Shown piece by piece: positions 18,150-28,419 of a stretch of 64,000 nt of DNA. The position numbers and the translations under genes were made by a program. Origin of the DNA: Candidatus Harrisonbacteria bacterium (GTDB lineage Bacteria; Patescibacteriota; Minisyncoccia; UBA6257; UBA11618); NCBI GenBank assembly GCA_023244855.1, contig JAHFLO010000001.1:5895-69894 (forward strand), given 5' to 3'. The notes under the pieces are model-generated. The model was not told where the DNA came from. It did no database searches and worked only from the letters and a program-made list of their open reading frames with translations. How positions within the stretch are numbered: the stretch's first letter is position 1; every line of letters begins with the position of its first letter.

Positions 18150-18430
18150 ACAGAATTCCTCCGTTAAAGAATCAAAGAGCTATTTGAACGCAAAAATACG
18201 ATACCCTTACTAAGAAAATATGTCAAATAAAAACGGGTTCGGCAGCCCCAATACCGCCGAACCCGCCTCTCTTAATCTTCGCTTCAACAAGTCTGAACGT
18301 TAGTCCTCCTTAAAAAGGAATGTGTGGAAATCCACTCCCAGCATACGCAACGGAGTTTTTTGGATCACCTCCTTTCGAAAGACTGGGAGCTATATACATA
18401 GTACGCCCCCATAAAAATAAAAAGCAATTG

Positions 18431-18512
18431 TGCCCGGGGAGAGACTCGAACTCTCATGCCTTGCGGCGCGCGCTCTTAAGGCGCGTGCGTATAACCATTT
18501 CGCCACCCGGGC
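18431..18512 (-). tRNA. tRNA-Leu(TAA)
   Basis: Reverse complement GCCCGGGTGGCGAAATGGTTATACGCACGCGC-CTTAAGA-GCGCG, long variable arm, GAGAGTTCGAGTCTCTCCCCGGGCA. Confidence 0.93.
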
Positions 18513-18527
18513 AATTTTCAGTTTCGG

Positions 18528-18599
18528 AGGCCATGATCGGAATCGAACCGATGTATAGGAGTTTTGCAGACTCCTGCCTTACCACTTGGCTACATGGCC
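18528..18599 (-). tRNA. tRNA-Cys(GCA)
   Basis: Reverse complement GGCCATGTAGCCAAGTGGTAAGGCAGGAGT-CTGCAAA-ACTCC...GGTTCGATTCCGATCATGGCCT. Confidence 0.94.
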
Positions 18600-18606
18600 C
18601 TTCGAT

Positions 18607-18945
18607 TTATAACGAAGTATCGCTCCCCATGAGCTTTTTTTCAATAAGAGCGGCGCGCTGGGGACCTAAATCGAGCTCGAAGGCTATGCGTGGAATAGGC
18701 TTTATGTTCATCTGGCGCACGAGCATGCCCTGAAACCTACCCGCGAATTTAGAAAGTATACGTATTGCCTCCGGACCCTGCTCGTCTGGTAATACCGATA
18801 CGCGTACGCGCGCCTCGGATAAGTCCCCTGCCACGACTACTTCGGTGATAGTTGCGAGCATATCCTTTAATTCTAATTCCTCGCGGATCATGCGCGCCAA
18901 ATTCGTACGGACCTCCTCACCCATGCGCTCTTTGCGGAAGTTCAT
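18607..18945 (-). CDS. rbfA: Ribosome-binding factor A
   Basis: RKERMGEEV...TITEVVVAGDLSEARVRVSV...IPRIAFELD; immediately follows infB. Confidence 0.88.
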   Translation of the reverse strand: MNFRKERMGEEVRTNLARMIREELELKDMLATITEVVVAGDLSEARVRVSVLPDEQGPEAIRILSKFAGRFQGMLVRQMNIKPIPRIAFELDLGPQRAALIEKKLMGSDTSL

Positions 18946-18946
18946 A

Positions 18947-20380
18947 CTACTTGATGACGATCCTGTCTCCTACGCGGATATCAGCGTCCGACTGTACTAA
19001 AAGCCCGCACTCGTTGCCGGCTTCAACGTGGCCGACTTCTTTCTTGCCCGTCTGCAAGTTATCTATCATACCCGTACCCACTTCGGCATCCGCGCGGATA
19101 ATAATAACCTTTGCGCCGTTCTTCATTTCGCCCGCGGTCACTTTGCCGCCGATCACGTGGTTCTTCGCGCCCTTGTTGCCGAATAAGGCTAATACTTCAA
19201 GGTCGCCTAAAATAGCACCGCCCGTCGCTCTCAACACGCACATCGCCATTGCGTCCGTTAAATCGTAAATAACTTTCGAGGTTGTGATTTCAATACGGTT
19301 CGCCTTTGCTAAATATTCCGCCTGCTTCGTAGCCGCTACGCCGAAGCCTAAGACTATACCCTGCTTCGTTTCGCTTGCCACGAACCACTGCACGTCGCCG
19401 TCCGTGACGTCGCCCACGCCGGTGAGCGCAATGCGTATTACACACCCCTCCGGCACGGCAACCGCTTTTATAGCAGATGCGAGCGCTTCTAAAGGCCCCT
19501 GTGCATCCGCCTTCAAAATCGCGTTGATTACGATTCCCTGCTCCTTAGCGGACGACCGACGCGTAACAACGGGCACGGCCCGAGCAGGCGGTGCTACCTT
19601 TTCGCCTTTCGCGAGTTCACGGAATGCAATGCCAACCGGCGGCACATCCTTAAAGCCTGTTACCGCACACGGCAAGCCTGCCGCGCATTCCGCAATGCGG
19701 TTGCCGGCCGAGTCTTCAAGCGCCTTCACTTTTGCCGTAACATCCCCTACCGCGATTTCCGCGCCAATTTTTAAAACGCCTTCGAGCACCACGACATACG
19801 CCGTGACCCCGCGCTTACTATCCTTCGTCGCCTCTATGCAGTAACCAAGAGCCGGTGCGGCTTCGTCATATTCCAAATTCGCCACGTCGGCCGTGAGCGT
19901 TATCAAATCAAGCAAATCATCCACCCCGTCACCGGTCTTTGCGGAAATCCCCGCCCAGCTGACGTTGCCGCCGAACCCTTCGAGCAATACGCCCGCCTGC
20001 ATGAGCTCGCTCTTAACTTTTTCAAGCGGCACATTCATGTCCGTTTTCGTAAGCGCCACGACATACGGGGTCTGCGTTTCTTCAAGTACGCGAATAGCTT
20101 CTTTCGTTTGGTCTTCCACGCCGTCCGTCGAGGCAACCACAAGTACGGCAACGTCTGCCACGCGAGCACCGCGCTCGCGCATGGCGCCGAAGGCTTCGTG
20201 ACCCGGCGTATCAATAAACGTAAGCGGATGCCCGCCGTGCATCACGGCGTAGGCGTGTGTCGCCTGCGTGATACCACCTGCTTCGCCCGCAACAACATTC
20301 GTCTTACGGACATAGTCCAGTAAGGTTGTTTTGCCATGGTCTACATGGCCGACAATCGCGATTATAGGCGGGCGTTTCAT
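18947..20380 (-). CDS. infB: Translation initiation factor IF-2 (short, no N-terminal domain)
   Basis: RPPIIAIVGHVDHGKTTLLD, EAGGITQ, DTPGHEAF, AGNECG. Confidence 0.95.
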   Translation of the reverse strand: MKRPPIIAIVGHVDHGKTTLLDYVRKTNVVAGEAGGITQATHAYAVMHGGHPLTFIDTPGHEAFGAMRERGARVADVAVLVVASTDGVEDQTKEAIRVLEETQTPYVVALTKTDMNVPLEKVKSELMQAGVLLEGFGGNVSWAGISAKTGDGVDDLLDLITLTADVANLEYDEAAPALGYCIEATKDSKRGVTAYVVVLEGVLKIGAEIAVGDVTAKVKALEDSAGNRIAECAAGLPCAVTGFKDVPPVGIAFRELAKGEKVAPPARAVPVVTRRSSAKEQGIVINAILKADAQGPLEALASAIKAVAVPEGCVIRIALTGVGDVTDGDVQWFVASETKQGIVLGFGVAATKQAEYLAKANRIEITTSKVIYDLTDAMAMCVLRATGGAILGDLEVLALFGNKGAKNHVIGGKVTAGEMKNGAKVIIIRADAEVGTGMIDNLQTGKKEVGHVEAGNECGLLVQSDADIRVGDRIVIK

Positions 20381-20515
20381 AGTTAAGTCCCCTTAAAATA
20401 CCACGATTCGCCACTTCGGGCAATTATATCGAACGCTTGACCGCGCGCCCGCGGGAATGCATCCTAACGGCGTTCATTCCCATACCCCTATACACCCTTT
20501 ACAAGGAGAGTTGCT

Positions 20516-21058
20516 ATGGCGATCAATGCCACAGGGCGCGCAAAACTCGTGCGCCGCCTCCTTGACGACGCGCGGCTTCTGAAAGAATGGGCCGCGAGCG
20601 AAGGGATCATACCGGACAATACGGATACGCTTTTCGACCTTGCTCTCACCGTGACCGAAAAAAAGAAAAAAACCGTCGTCAAGTATAAGAAGAAGAGAGG
20701 GAAAGCAAAACTCCTCAATGCTTTTTTGAAAAACGACGACTGGGCAGCAATAAAGCAAGCGATTAAGTTTTCCACGGCGGAAGCCCCGCTTGCCATCTTC
20801 GAATTTTTCAGAAGTCGAAAGAATAGGGCTCTGAGCGAGGAGGAATTGGACGAGCTTCCGTATCTCAAAGAAACCGGGCAAAGATTTACCCACAAGGAAA
20901 CGACGTACCTGAACGTCCTTCTGAGACAGGCTGGCCTTCCCTACAACCTGCGCAGTATCGGCCGCGGAGAACGAGCGTACCGGTTCTTCATCGTCGAAGC
21001 GGAAGAAGCCCCGCGAAAAAGCAACGAACGGCAACTCGACCTTTTCGAGAACCCGTAA
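20516..21058 (+). CDS. Hypothetical basic protein
   Basis: SD AAGGAG, TTGACC promoter, terminator at 21061-21093. Confidence 0.7.
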   Translation: MAINATGRAKLVRRLLDDARLLKEWAASEGIIPDNTDTLFDLALTVTEKKKKTVVKYKKKRGKAKLLNAFLKNDDWAAIKQAIKFSTAEAPLAIFEFFRSRKNRALSEEELDELPYLKETGQRFTHKETTYLNVLLRQAGLPYNLRSIGRGERAYRFFIVEAEEAPRKSNERQLDLFENP

Positions 21059-21091
21059 CGGACGCGACAGCCACTTGGTCGTCGCGTCTTT

Positions 21092-21183
21092 TTGATTTAA
21101 AAGTTATCCCGATCCGCCAGTGCGCGGAGAGGTTAAAACTTTTCAATCATGTCCGGAGGGAAGCGAAGCGACGAGGACGATTC
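21092..21183 (+). repeat. Free (non-tRNA) copy of family B structured element
   Basis: Stem TGATTTAAAAGTT/AACTTTTCAATCA around ATCCCGA-TCCGC..GCGGA-GAGGTT, then GGAGGGAAGCGAAGCGACGAGGACGATTC. Confidence 0.65.
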
Positions 21184-21219
21184 ATTGAAACTAACCCCTA
21201 AACCTGCTAGAATACGGCT

Positions 21220-21732
21220 ATGATAATCACCGCAGGATCCGACGGGAGCTTCAAATTGCAGACAGGTGGTATCACCCTTATGACCGAGGGTGTGGGTAGC
21301 GACAAGAGCCGCATGAAGCCCGACATCTTCCTGCGCATGGCGCGTAACGATGCGGAAACGCCCGAGGCAGGGTTCACCGTAAAAGGCGCAGGTGAGTACG
21401 AAATACAAGGCGTCGAAATCCGCGGCACGGAACCTTTCACGTACTTTTTAAAAGCCGAAGAAATGCGCCTTGTAGTGCTTTCGTCTGCAGACGTAAAGGC
21501 GCTCGAAGGGCTTATTAATATAGATATCGCAATCATACCGGACGGCGTGGCAATAGAAGGCATCGGCCGATTCCTCCGCCAACTCGAACCGAAAATGATA
21601 ATCGCGGCAGAGAAAGTCGCCGAGCAGATCCATAAAGATTTAGGGCTCGCAATAGACCGTACGGAAAAAATAACGGTAAAACGGAAGGATATTCCGTCTA
21701 CCGGAATGACACTCGCATGCCTCACCGCCTAA
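21220..21732 (+). CDS. Degenerate MBL-fold (Lactamase_B_3-like) protein
   Basis: MIIT.GSDGSFKL, GAGEYEIQGVEIRG, IDIAIIP, QLEPKMII; metal-binding His residues appear to be missing. Confidence 0.7.
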   Translation: MIITAGSDGSFKLQTGGITLMTEGVGSDKSRMKPDIFLRMARNDAETPEAGFTVKGAGEYEIQGVEIRGTEPFTYFLKAEEMRLVVLSSADVKALEGLINIDIAIIPDGVAIEGIGRFLRQLEPKMIIAAEKVAEQIHKDLGLAIDRTEKITVKRKDIPSTGMTLACLTA

Positions 21733-22004
21733 GAGAGAGCGAATCGAATAACATAAAGCGCCGCCAACTGATATGGCTCTCAGTGGCTTCATCCGCCCTC
21801 ATAATCATGGTGTGGATTTTTTATATCGAGCGCACCTTTACCGGGCTATCCGCAGAACCCGCGGCGCCGCAAACCGACTCCGTATCGGTATTCAAAACAG
21901 GTCTCTCAACCATAAGCGAAACAATCACGACCGGCCTCGTAAACTCGTACCTGTATTTCCATACGGTTGCGTCCGAGGGAAAAACGTTTACCATAACCAA
22001 ATAA
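21717..22004 (+). CDS. Small single-TM hypothetical protein
   Basis: One TM helix; sits in the operon directly upstream of gyrA. Confidence 0.65.
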   Translation: MPHRLRESESNNIKRRQLIWLSVASSALIIMVWIFYIERTFTGLSAEPAAPQTDSVSVFKTGLSTISETITTGLVNSYLYFHTVASEGKTFTITK

Positions 22005-22008
22005 CGCC

Positions 22009-24447
22009 ATGAAGAAGAAAGACGAAGAAAAAGAAATCGCCGTAACCGGCAAAGTAGAACAGCGCGAAATTACGCAAGAACTGCGCGAGGCGTACTTGGA
22101 CTACGCGATGTCCGTAATCGTTTCGCGCGCCTTGCCCGACGTACGCGACGGCTTAAAGCCGGTACAACGCCGTATTTTGTGGGCTATGTGGGATGCGAAC
22201 ATAACAGCCGGCACGAAGCCGCGCAAATCTGCCTACATCACCGGCGAAACAATGGGTAAGTTCCACCCGCACGGCGACATGGCCATTTACGACGCCCTCG
22301 CCCGCATGGCGCAAGATTTTTCCCTTCGTTACCCCTTAATCAACGGCCAAGGCAACTGGGGCTCGATAGACGGTGACTCCCCCGCCGCCCAGCGGTACAC
22401 CGAATGCAAACTCGCCGCTATCACCGAGGAGCTTTTAATAGACATAGATAAGGAAACTGTCGACTGGCAGCCCAACTACGACGCCACGCGCGAAGAACCG
22501 AAGTGCTTGCCAGGCAAATTACCGAACCTCTTGCTTAACGGCGCGCAGGGCATCGCGGTCGGCATGGCAACGAGTATTCCGCCACACAACCTAACTGAGG
22601 TCGCGGACGCCACGCTCCACTTGATAGAAAACCCGGATGCCTCGAGCGAAGACTTGATGCAGCACATCCAAGGGCCTGACTTTCCGGGGGGCGGCATCAT
22701 TTACGACAAGCGCGCCATCGTTAACGCCTACGTTACGGGCCACGGCCCTATCACCTGCCGCGGCGTGGCAACGGTGGAAGACGACGAGCGCATCGTTATC
22801 ACACAGATCCCCTATCAGGTAAACAAGGCGGAAATGATCGTTAAGTTTGCCGAACTCGTAACCGAAAAGAAGGTGGAGGGTATTCGCGATATCCGCGACG
22901 AATCGGATAAAGATATCCGCATCGTGATCGAACTCAAAAAAGACGCCTCCGGCGAAAAAATCTTAAACCAGCTCTACCAGTACACGGATTTACAAAAGAA
23001 CTTTAACGTAAACTTACTCGCCCTCCGCGACGGCTTGCAGCCGGAGGTCATGTCTATTAAAGACATTATCGAGTGCTACATCGCCCACCGCAACGTGATC
23101 GTACGCCGCCGCGCGGAATTCGACCTGAAGAAGGCGCGCGAACGGGCACACATATTAGAAGGCTTAAAGAAAGCGCTCGAAGAGATCGACGCCGTTATCA
23201 ATACCATCAAGAAGTCGAAGGACCGCGCGGACGCCTTCGTAAACTTAATGAAGAAGTTCGCCTTTACAGACCTGCAGACGAACGCCATCCTCGACATGCG
23301 TTTACAAACGCTTGCCGCACTCGAAACGAAAAAGATCGAAGACGAGCTCGCAGAAAAGCGCGCTATTATCGCTGATCTCGAAGCACTCTTAAAAAGCGCC
23401 GCGCGTATTCTTACCGTTATTAAAAAAGAACTCGCCGACGTTAAGGCGCGCTTCGGCGACGCCCGCCGCACGAAGGTCGTGACGCACGGCTTAAAGGACT
23501 TTAACGAAGCGGACTTAATACCCGCCGAAGACGCCCTTATCACCTTCTCCGCAAGCGGGTACATCAAGCGCGCCCAGCCTAATATCATCAAGAGCCAGCA
23601 CCGTGGCGGCAAGGGCTTGATAGGCGCGGACGTGGGCGACGAAGACTTCTTGCAGCAGATCATGACGGCTAACACGCACGACAACGTCCTCTTCTTCACC
23701 ACGCGCGGCCGCGCCTTCCAGACGAAAGCATGGGACATACCCGTCGGCTCGCGCACCTCGAAGGGCAAGCTCGTGCAGAACTTCTTGGATATCGCGCCGG
23801 AAGAAAAAATAAGCGCCATCGTAAGCTACCCCGCAAAGCAGGGTGGCTATCTCGTAATGGTGACGAAGGACGGCATTATCAAAAAAACGCCGCTCAAGGA
23901 TTTTGAGAACGTCCGCAAGAACGGCATCATCGCGATAGGCCTTAAGAAAGAAGACGGGCTCGTATGGGCGGCCCTCTCTTCCGGCAAGGACGATATATTA
24001 GTAACAACCGCGCAGGGGCAAGCAATCCGCTTTAAGGAATCACAGATACGCGGCATGGGCCGCACGGCCGCAGGCGTCATCGCCATCCGCCACAAAGCGA
24101 ACGACCCGATCAATTCGTTAAACATTATCTCCCCCGAGAACGTAAAGACCACCCGCCTTTTGGTAGTCATGGAGCGCGGCTACGGCAAGCAGACGAAAAT
24201 CGGCGAATACAAAACGCAGGCACGTGGCGGCAGCGGTATCAAAACTGCTAAGATTACTCCTAAGACCGGCGTGGTAGTTTCGGCGCACGCGGTAAGCGAC
24301 GAAGAAGAGCTGTTCGTGCTTTCGGCCAAGGGCCAGATAATCCGCACGACGATTGCTTCCGTCCGTACCGCAAGCCGTGCCACGCAGGGCGTTAAAATTA
24401 TGAACTTAAACGCCGGCGACAAGATTATCGGCACGATATGCCTCTAG
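22009..24447 (+). CDS. gyrA: DNA gyrase subunit A
   Basis: [37 protein letters not shown], GyrA-box QHRGGKG. Confidence 0.97.
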   Translation: MKKKDEEKEIAVTGKVEQREITQELREAYLDYAMSVIVSRALPDVRDGLKPVQRRILWAMWDANITAGTKPRKSAYITGETMGKFHPHGDMAIYDALARMAQDFSLRYPLINGQGNWGSIDGDSPAAQRYTECKLAAITEELLIDIDKETVDWQPNYDATREEPKCLPGKLPNLLLNGAQGIAVGMATSIPPHNLTEVADATLHLIENPDASSEDLMQHIQGPDFPGGGIIYDKRAIVNAYVTGHGPITCRGVATVEDDERIVITQIPYQVNKAEMIVKFAELVTEKKVEGIRDIRDESDKDIRIVIELKKDASGEKILNQLYQYTDLQKNFNVNLLALRDGLQPEVMSIKDIIECYIAHRNVIVRRRAEFDLKKARERAHILEGLKKALEEIDAVINTIKKSKDRADAFVNLMKKFAFTDLQTNAILDMRLQTLAALETKKIEDELAEKRAIIADLEALLKSAARILTVIKKELADVKARFGDARRTKVVTHGLKDFNEADLIPAEDALITFSASGYIKRAQPNIIKSQHRGGKGLIGADVGDEDFLQQIMTANTHDNVLFFTTRGRAFQTKAWDIPVGSRTSKGKLVQNFLDIAPEEKISAIVSYPAKQGGYLVMVTKDGIIKKTPLKDFENVRKNGIIAIGLKKEDGLVWAALSSGKDDILVTTAQGQAIRFKESQIRGMGRTAAGVIAIRHKANDPINSLNIISPENVKTTRLLVVMERGYGKQTKIGEYKTQARGGSGIKTAKITPKTGVVVSAHAVSDEEELFVLSAKGQIIRTTIASVRTASRATQGVKIMNLNAGDKIIGTICL

Positions 24448-25661
24448 AAAAAAAGACCGTCTGGATAGCGGCGGGGTTTTGCGTACTGTTAGTCGTCGCT
24501 ATTTTAATCGCCACGGGCGCAATTAACCTCACTAAAAAGACTGCGAAGACGGAGCTTACGGTATGGGGGTTCGACAGCCCCTCTGTTTGGGAAAAATTGA
24601 CCGCAGAGTACCACGCAGACCACCCCACGGTTACCGTAACGTACCGCAGCCTCTCCCCCGCAACGTATGAAACTGATTTATTGAACGGCCTCGCAACCGG
24701 CAAGGGGCCGGATATCTTTATGATCATGAATCCGTGGCTTTCGCGGCACGGTAACAAAATGGTGCCGGCGCCGATCGAATTCGCAAGCGCGGCGATGGTA
24801 GACGCCACGTTCCCCACGGCCGCAACACAAGAACTGACGAATAGCGGCGCCGCGTACGCGCTCCCTTTATACATGGATACGTATGCCCTTATTTACAATA
24901 AGGATCTCTTCGATAAAGCAGGCGTTACGCTGCCGCCCGTAAACTGGCTCGCATTCCAAGACCTCGCAAAGAAGCTCGGTAAGAATTCCGTGGCATTTGG
25001 TGGATCCGAATCGACTATCGAAGGCGCTTCGGACATAGTAGCCCTTCTCATGATGCAAGACGGCGTGCCAATGACAGATAAAGACGGCAAGACACGCTTA
25101 ACCGGCGGCGAGGGCGCACTTTCTTTCTATACTAAATTCACCAACCCCAAGGGCGGCTACTACGCATGGGATAATAAACTCCCCACCGCATTCGAGCGCT
25201 TTGCCCGCGGCACACTCCCCGTACTTCTCGGTACGCACGCCGAAGTTGTGGCGCTCCGTAAGGCAAACCCAGCACTCCGCGTAGGTATAGCTCCCCTGCC
25301 GCAGGCGCCCCAAGCGCCGGTAAACTTCGCCACGTATGCGGCGCTCTCCGTATGGGTAGGTAGCGCACACCCCGTGGAAGCGTGGCAATTTATAAGCGAT
25401 ATTGCAGCAAATCCCACAAACGCCCTCTCATACGCCGCCGCAGCGAACGTGCCGCCTGCCCACCGCGCTCTTATTGGACAATTTGAAAACGATCCGGACG
25501 TAGGCGTATTCGTACGTGGGTCCCTTACCGCACGGCCGTGGTACCGGCTAAACGAAGCAACGGCGCGCGAAGCATTCTCTACCATGATAGAATCAGTGGT
25601 AAGCGGCGCAGCAACTCCACAGGCGGCTCTACGCGCAACTGAAGATTATTTAAACCGATAA
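24438..25661 (+). CDS. Extracellular solute-binding protein, family 1 (sugar-type)
   Basis: N-terminal TM anchor, LTVWG, GKGPDIF, YALPLYMDTYALIYNKDLF. Confidence 0.85.
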   Translation: MPLEKKTVWIAAGFCVLLVVAILIATGAINLTKKTAKTELTVWGFDSPSVWEKLTAEYHADHPTVTVTYRSLSPATYETDLLNGLATGKGPDIFMIMNPWLSRHGNKMVPAPIEFASAAMVDATFPTAATQELTNSGAAYALPLYMDTYALIYNKDLFDKAGVTLPPVNWLAFQDLAKKLGKNSVAFGGSESTIEGASDIVALLMMQDGVPMTDKDGKTRLTGGEGALSFYTKFTNPKGGYYAWDNKLPTAFERFARGTLPVLLGTHAEVVALRKANPALRVGIAPLPQAPQAPVNFATYAALSVWVGSAHPVEAWQFISDIAANPTNALSYAAAANVPPAHRALIGQFENDPDVGVFVRGSLTARPWYRLNEATAREAFSTMIESVVSGAATPQAALRATEDYLNR

Positions 25662-26038
25662 TGAATAACTTACTCGCACAGGCAACGTCCTTTTTCATCC
25701 AGTGCAAGGGGGACAAAAAATATTATGGGTCGGAGGAATCCATCTGCACCTTCGGGGACTTTCTCGACCTTCTCTACCGCATACTCCACCTTTCGATAAC
25801 TGTCCTCGCTCCCCTCGTCGTCGTGGCCGCCTGCATGTACGGATCCTTCCTCGTAATACTCTACGGGCAGGATCCGAAAAATCTCGTAAAAGGAAAAGCT
25901 GTTATAACGAACGCCGTCGTTGGCCTCCTGATAGTCTGGGGCGCATGGGCGGCCCTTAATACTTTTTTCTACGTCTTTAATATAACGCTCCCCTGCGGAG
26001 CCGTGTGGTACTCCATAACACCCTCATGCCGATACTAA
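25661..26038 (+). CDS. VirB2/TrbC-like pilin-family membrane protein
   Basis: CTFGDF..., two TM helices with YG...GQDPKNLVKGKAVITNAVVGLLIV. Confidence 0.7.
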   Translation: MNNLLAQATSFFIQCKGDKKYYGSEESICTFGDFLDLLYRILHLSITVLAPLVVVAACMYGSFLVILYGQDPKNLVKGKAVITNAVVGLLIVWGAWAALNTFFYVFNITLPCGAVWYSITPSCRY

Positions 26039-26433
26039 TAACTCTACTAGCGCGCGGGGCGCCCGCCTCGATGTTCCCCTACCAAGGACCAGAAACCTCC
26101 GTCACGGACGAAGTGCGTGGTATGAGCCGTTTTTTACAAAACAAAGCCTTCAATAACGGCTACGAATCGGACGGCGGCATGAACAGCCTCCCTAACCCCT
26201 TAGGCGTAACGAACTTGCAAGATATCGTGGATAAGGTCATAAGCGCGCTTACGGTACTTGCCGTACCCGTCGTGCTCGCTATGGTTCTTTATGGCACCTT
26301 TAAAATAATCACCTCCGGCGGCGATCCGGCGAAGGCGGCAGAGGGCGGCAAAACCATACTCTACGCCGCAGCCGGCTTCGGCTTACTCCTTATATCAAAC
26401 GGTATCGTGTCGATAGTTCAGTCGCTCTTTTAA
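26026..26433 (+). CDS. VirB2/TrbC-like pilin-family membrane protein
   Basis: LPNPLG...YGTFKIITSGGDPAKAAEGGKTILYAAAG. Confidence 0.75.
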   Translation: MPILITLLARGAPASMFPYQGPETSVTDEVRGMSRFLQNKAFNNGYESDGGMNSLPNPLGVTNLQDIVDKVISALTVLAVPVVLAMVLYGTFKIITSGGDPAKAAEGGKTILYAAAGFGLLLISNGIVSIVQSLF

Positions 26434-26585
26434 TAGGAAGACGGAAAGGGGTGCGTGCTTTTTTAGAGGGTAAGACTTGGCCTAGCGGCCCGGAGCGCAC
26501 TCTAAAAAGGCACGTACCCCTTGTAGTTAAGAGTTATCCACAGACACACCGCGTAATACGTGATACTATTAACCTAAACATACCT

Positions 26586-27014
26586 ATGAAACATATCCGC
26601 ACTATTTACGGAGCATTCATCGCAAGCATTGTAATGCCCCTCTTCGCGTTCGCGCAGCCGTATCTCCCCGAATACGGGGGGTACCAAATAAATCCCCAAT
26701 TCGGTGGCGGCTTTGGCGGGAACAACTTCGGCGGTAGCTACTACGGCCAAACGCGCGGCCTGCAAGTAACGAACTTCTCGTCGGTTCTCGGCATTATCAA
26801 TACCCTCTTGGGCTATATGCAGGTTGGTATTTTCCTCGTTGCACTCTTTTACTTCCTTTGGGGAGCATACCTCATGGTAACGGGAGACGTTTCAGGCGGA
26901 GCCAAAAAAATGGGGTACGCCGCAGTAGGTATCGGTGCAGCCATTCTCGCCTTTAGCATTATCCCCTTCGTCTGCTTCGTGGTTGGATCGCAGGGACCGG
27001 CATGTCGGCTCTAA
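26586..27014 (+). CDS. VirB2/TrbC-like pilin-family protein with Gly-rich N-terminal segment
   Basis: Signal peptide (PLFAFA), Gly/Tyr/Phe-rich stretch, WGAYLMVTG...AKKMGYAAVG. Confidence 0.7.
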   Translation: MKHIRTIYGAFIASIVMPLFAFAQPYLPEYGGYQINPQFGGGFGGNNFGGSYYGQTRGLQVTNFSSVLGIINTLLGYMQVGIFLVALFYFLWGAYLMVTGDVSGGAKKMGYAAVGIGAAILAFSIIPFVCFVVGSQGPACRL

Positions 27015-27098
27015 CGGATCGAGATATATTTCAAAATCAAAAAAGCCGGATGCAAAACTGCATCCGGCTTTCGTTTCAACTCGAATCCCTTTCACGAC

Positions 27099-27575
27099 TC
27101 ACCGATTAGAGCAATCCCGCTCTTGCTCGGCCGCCCACTGATCGTAGAACTGAAACGGCGGAGGGTCTTTTCTTTGGGAAAGTGGACCGTGCCAAGGCTT
27201 AGGCCGCCACTCCATATCCTCCGTGTACTGCGGAACCGACTTCAGTCCGTTCTGCAAGTTCACTTCGACGTTGCGTAATACCCGCCCCAATAGGTTTGGC
27301 TGCACTACCTGCCTCTCCTCTTGCGGCTTCTCCCATGCCCGCAAATCCCAAACCCCCGGAACTTGAGACATTTTGTGGGGGTTGAAGGGTTCGGCTCCGG
27401 ATCCCCCGCAGAAGAAACAACCCTTCAAGAAGAAGCCGAGGAAGAAGAGGCAGGTGAACCACTTGCAGATATTACCGAAAGTGAGTTCGAATATGTCTGC
27501 CGCCTTTTTCTTTTTTTTCTTTTTCTTGGCTTTCGGGGTGGAAGTTGACGCGGGCGCCGGTGTTGCGGTGCTCAT
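27099..27575 (-). CDS. Hypothetical protein with poly-Lys tract and Cys-rich TM segment
   Basis: 158-aa ORF with SD GAGG and a TTGACA promoter upstream. Confidence 0.6.
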   Translation of the reverse strand: MSTATPAPASTSTPKAKKKKKKKKAADIFELTFGNICKWFTCLFFLGFFLKGCFFCGGSGAEPFNPHKMSQVPGVWDLRAWEKPQEERQVVQPNLLGRVLRNVEVNLQNGLKSVPQYTEDMEWRPKPWHGPLSQRKDPPPFQFYDQWAAEQERDCSNR

Positions 27576-27706
27576 AATGACCTCTTCTATGCCCTCTGGG
27601 CGTATGGGAAAATCGGTGAATTCAGTTGAGATTTCAGTTACAAACTGCTAGTATTAGTATACAATATCATATCGATATTGTCAATAGTCCCCTTCTGGAG
27701 ACTACT

Positions 27707-27787
27707 GCCCCTGTGGCGAAATGGCAGACGCGCATGGTTTAGGACCATGTTCCGCAAGGAGTGGAGGTTCAAGTCCTCTCGGGGGCA
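27707..27787 (+). tRNA. tRNA-Leu(TAG)
   Basis: GCCCCTGTGGCGAAATGGCAGACGCGCATGG-TTTAGGA-CCATGTTCCGCAAGGAGTGGAGGTTCAAGTCCTCTCGGGGGCA. Confidence 0.94.
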
Positions 27788-27895
27788 CACAATCATTGAC
27801 TTTTATATATAAAAGACTTATTATAGCCTTGTTCAATTAGAACCGTTACAGCCCCTTTCCATCACCCATATCCACCCCCCCAAGGAACTCCGATC

Positions 27896-28318
27896 ATGAC
27901 GAAAAACGATTTCTACTGCGTAGCCCTGCACCGCGGCAAAAGGATTACGCAAGCACTACGCGAAAGCCTGCTCGTCGAAGCATGGTATCTCGCGAAATCG
28001 CACAAGAAGAGCAAAAGAATAAAGGGAAAAGAACACGAAGGGTCTATTCGAATCAAACAAGATTCGATCTACTACAATGGAATGACCGGCTGGCTTTTCG
28101 AGGCGCGATTCGTAACGGAGGCAGACGACGTCACGGTAGACTTCCTCGTCTCCCATAATGCCTTCAAAGAGCTTGAGAACGCAGACGAAGACAGAGATTA
28201 CGCATGGGATGAAGGTGTTTTCAGAATCAAGGATGGAGATGCGGAACTCGAAGAATCAAAATCCACCCCCTCCGACAACCCCATCCTTAAAGCGATGCGT
28301 GGCTGCGCCGCAAACTAA
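27896..28318 (+). CDS. Hypothetical protein
   Basis: TTGACT promoter and SD AAGGA upstream, terminator-like sequence downstream. Confidence 0.65.
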   Translation: MTKNDFYCVALHRGKRITQALRESLLVEAWYLAKSHKKSKRIKGKEHEGSIRIKQDSIYYNGMTGWLFEARFVTEADDVTVDFLVSHNAFKELENADEDRDYAWDEGVFRIKDGDAELEESKSTPSDNPILKAMRGCAAN

Positions 28319-28419
28319 AGACCCGCCAACAACCCGCGAGAACCCCCTCACTCCCCCGAGTGAGCCGAGGGTTCTTTTTTTTATTTGAAAACTGCCGTGT
28401 GGTGCGCTATACATTGCTT

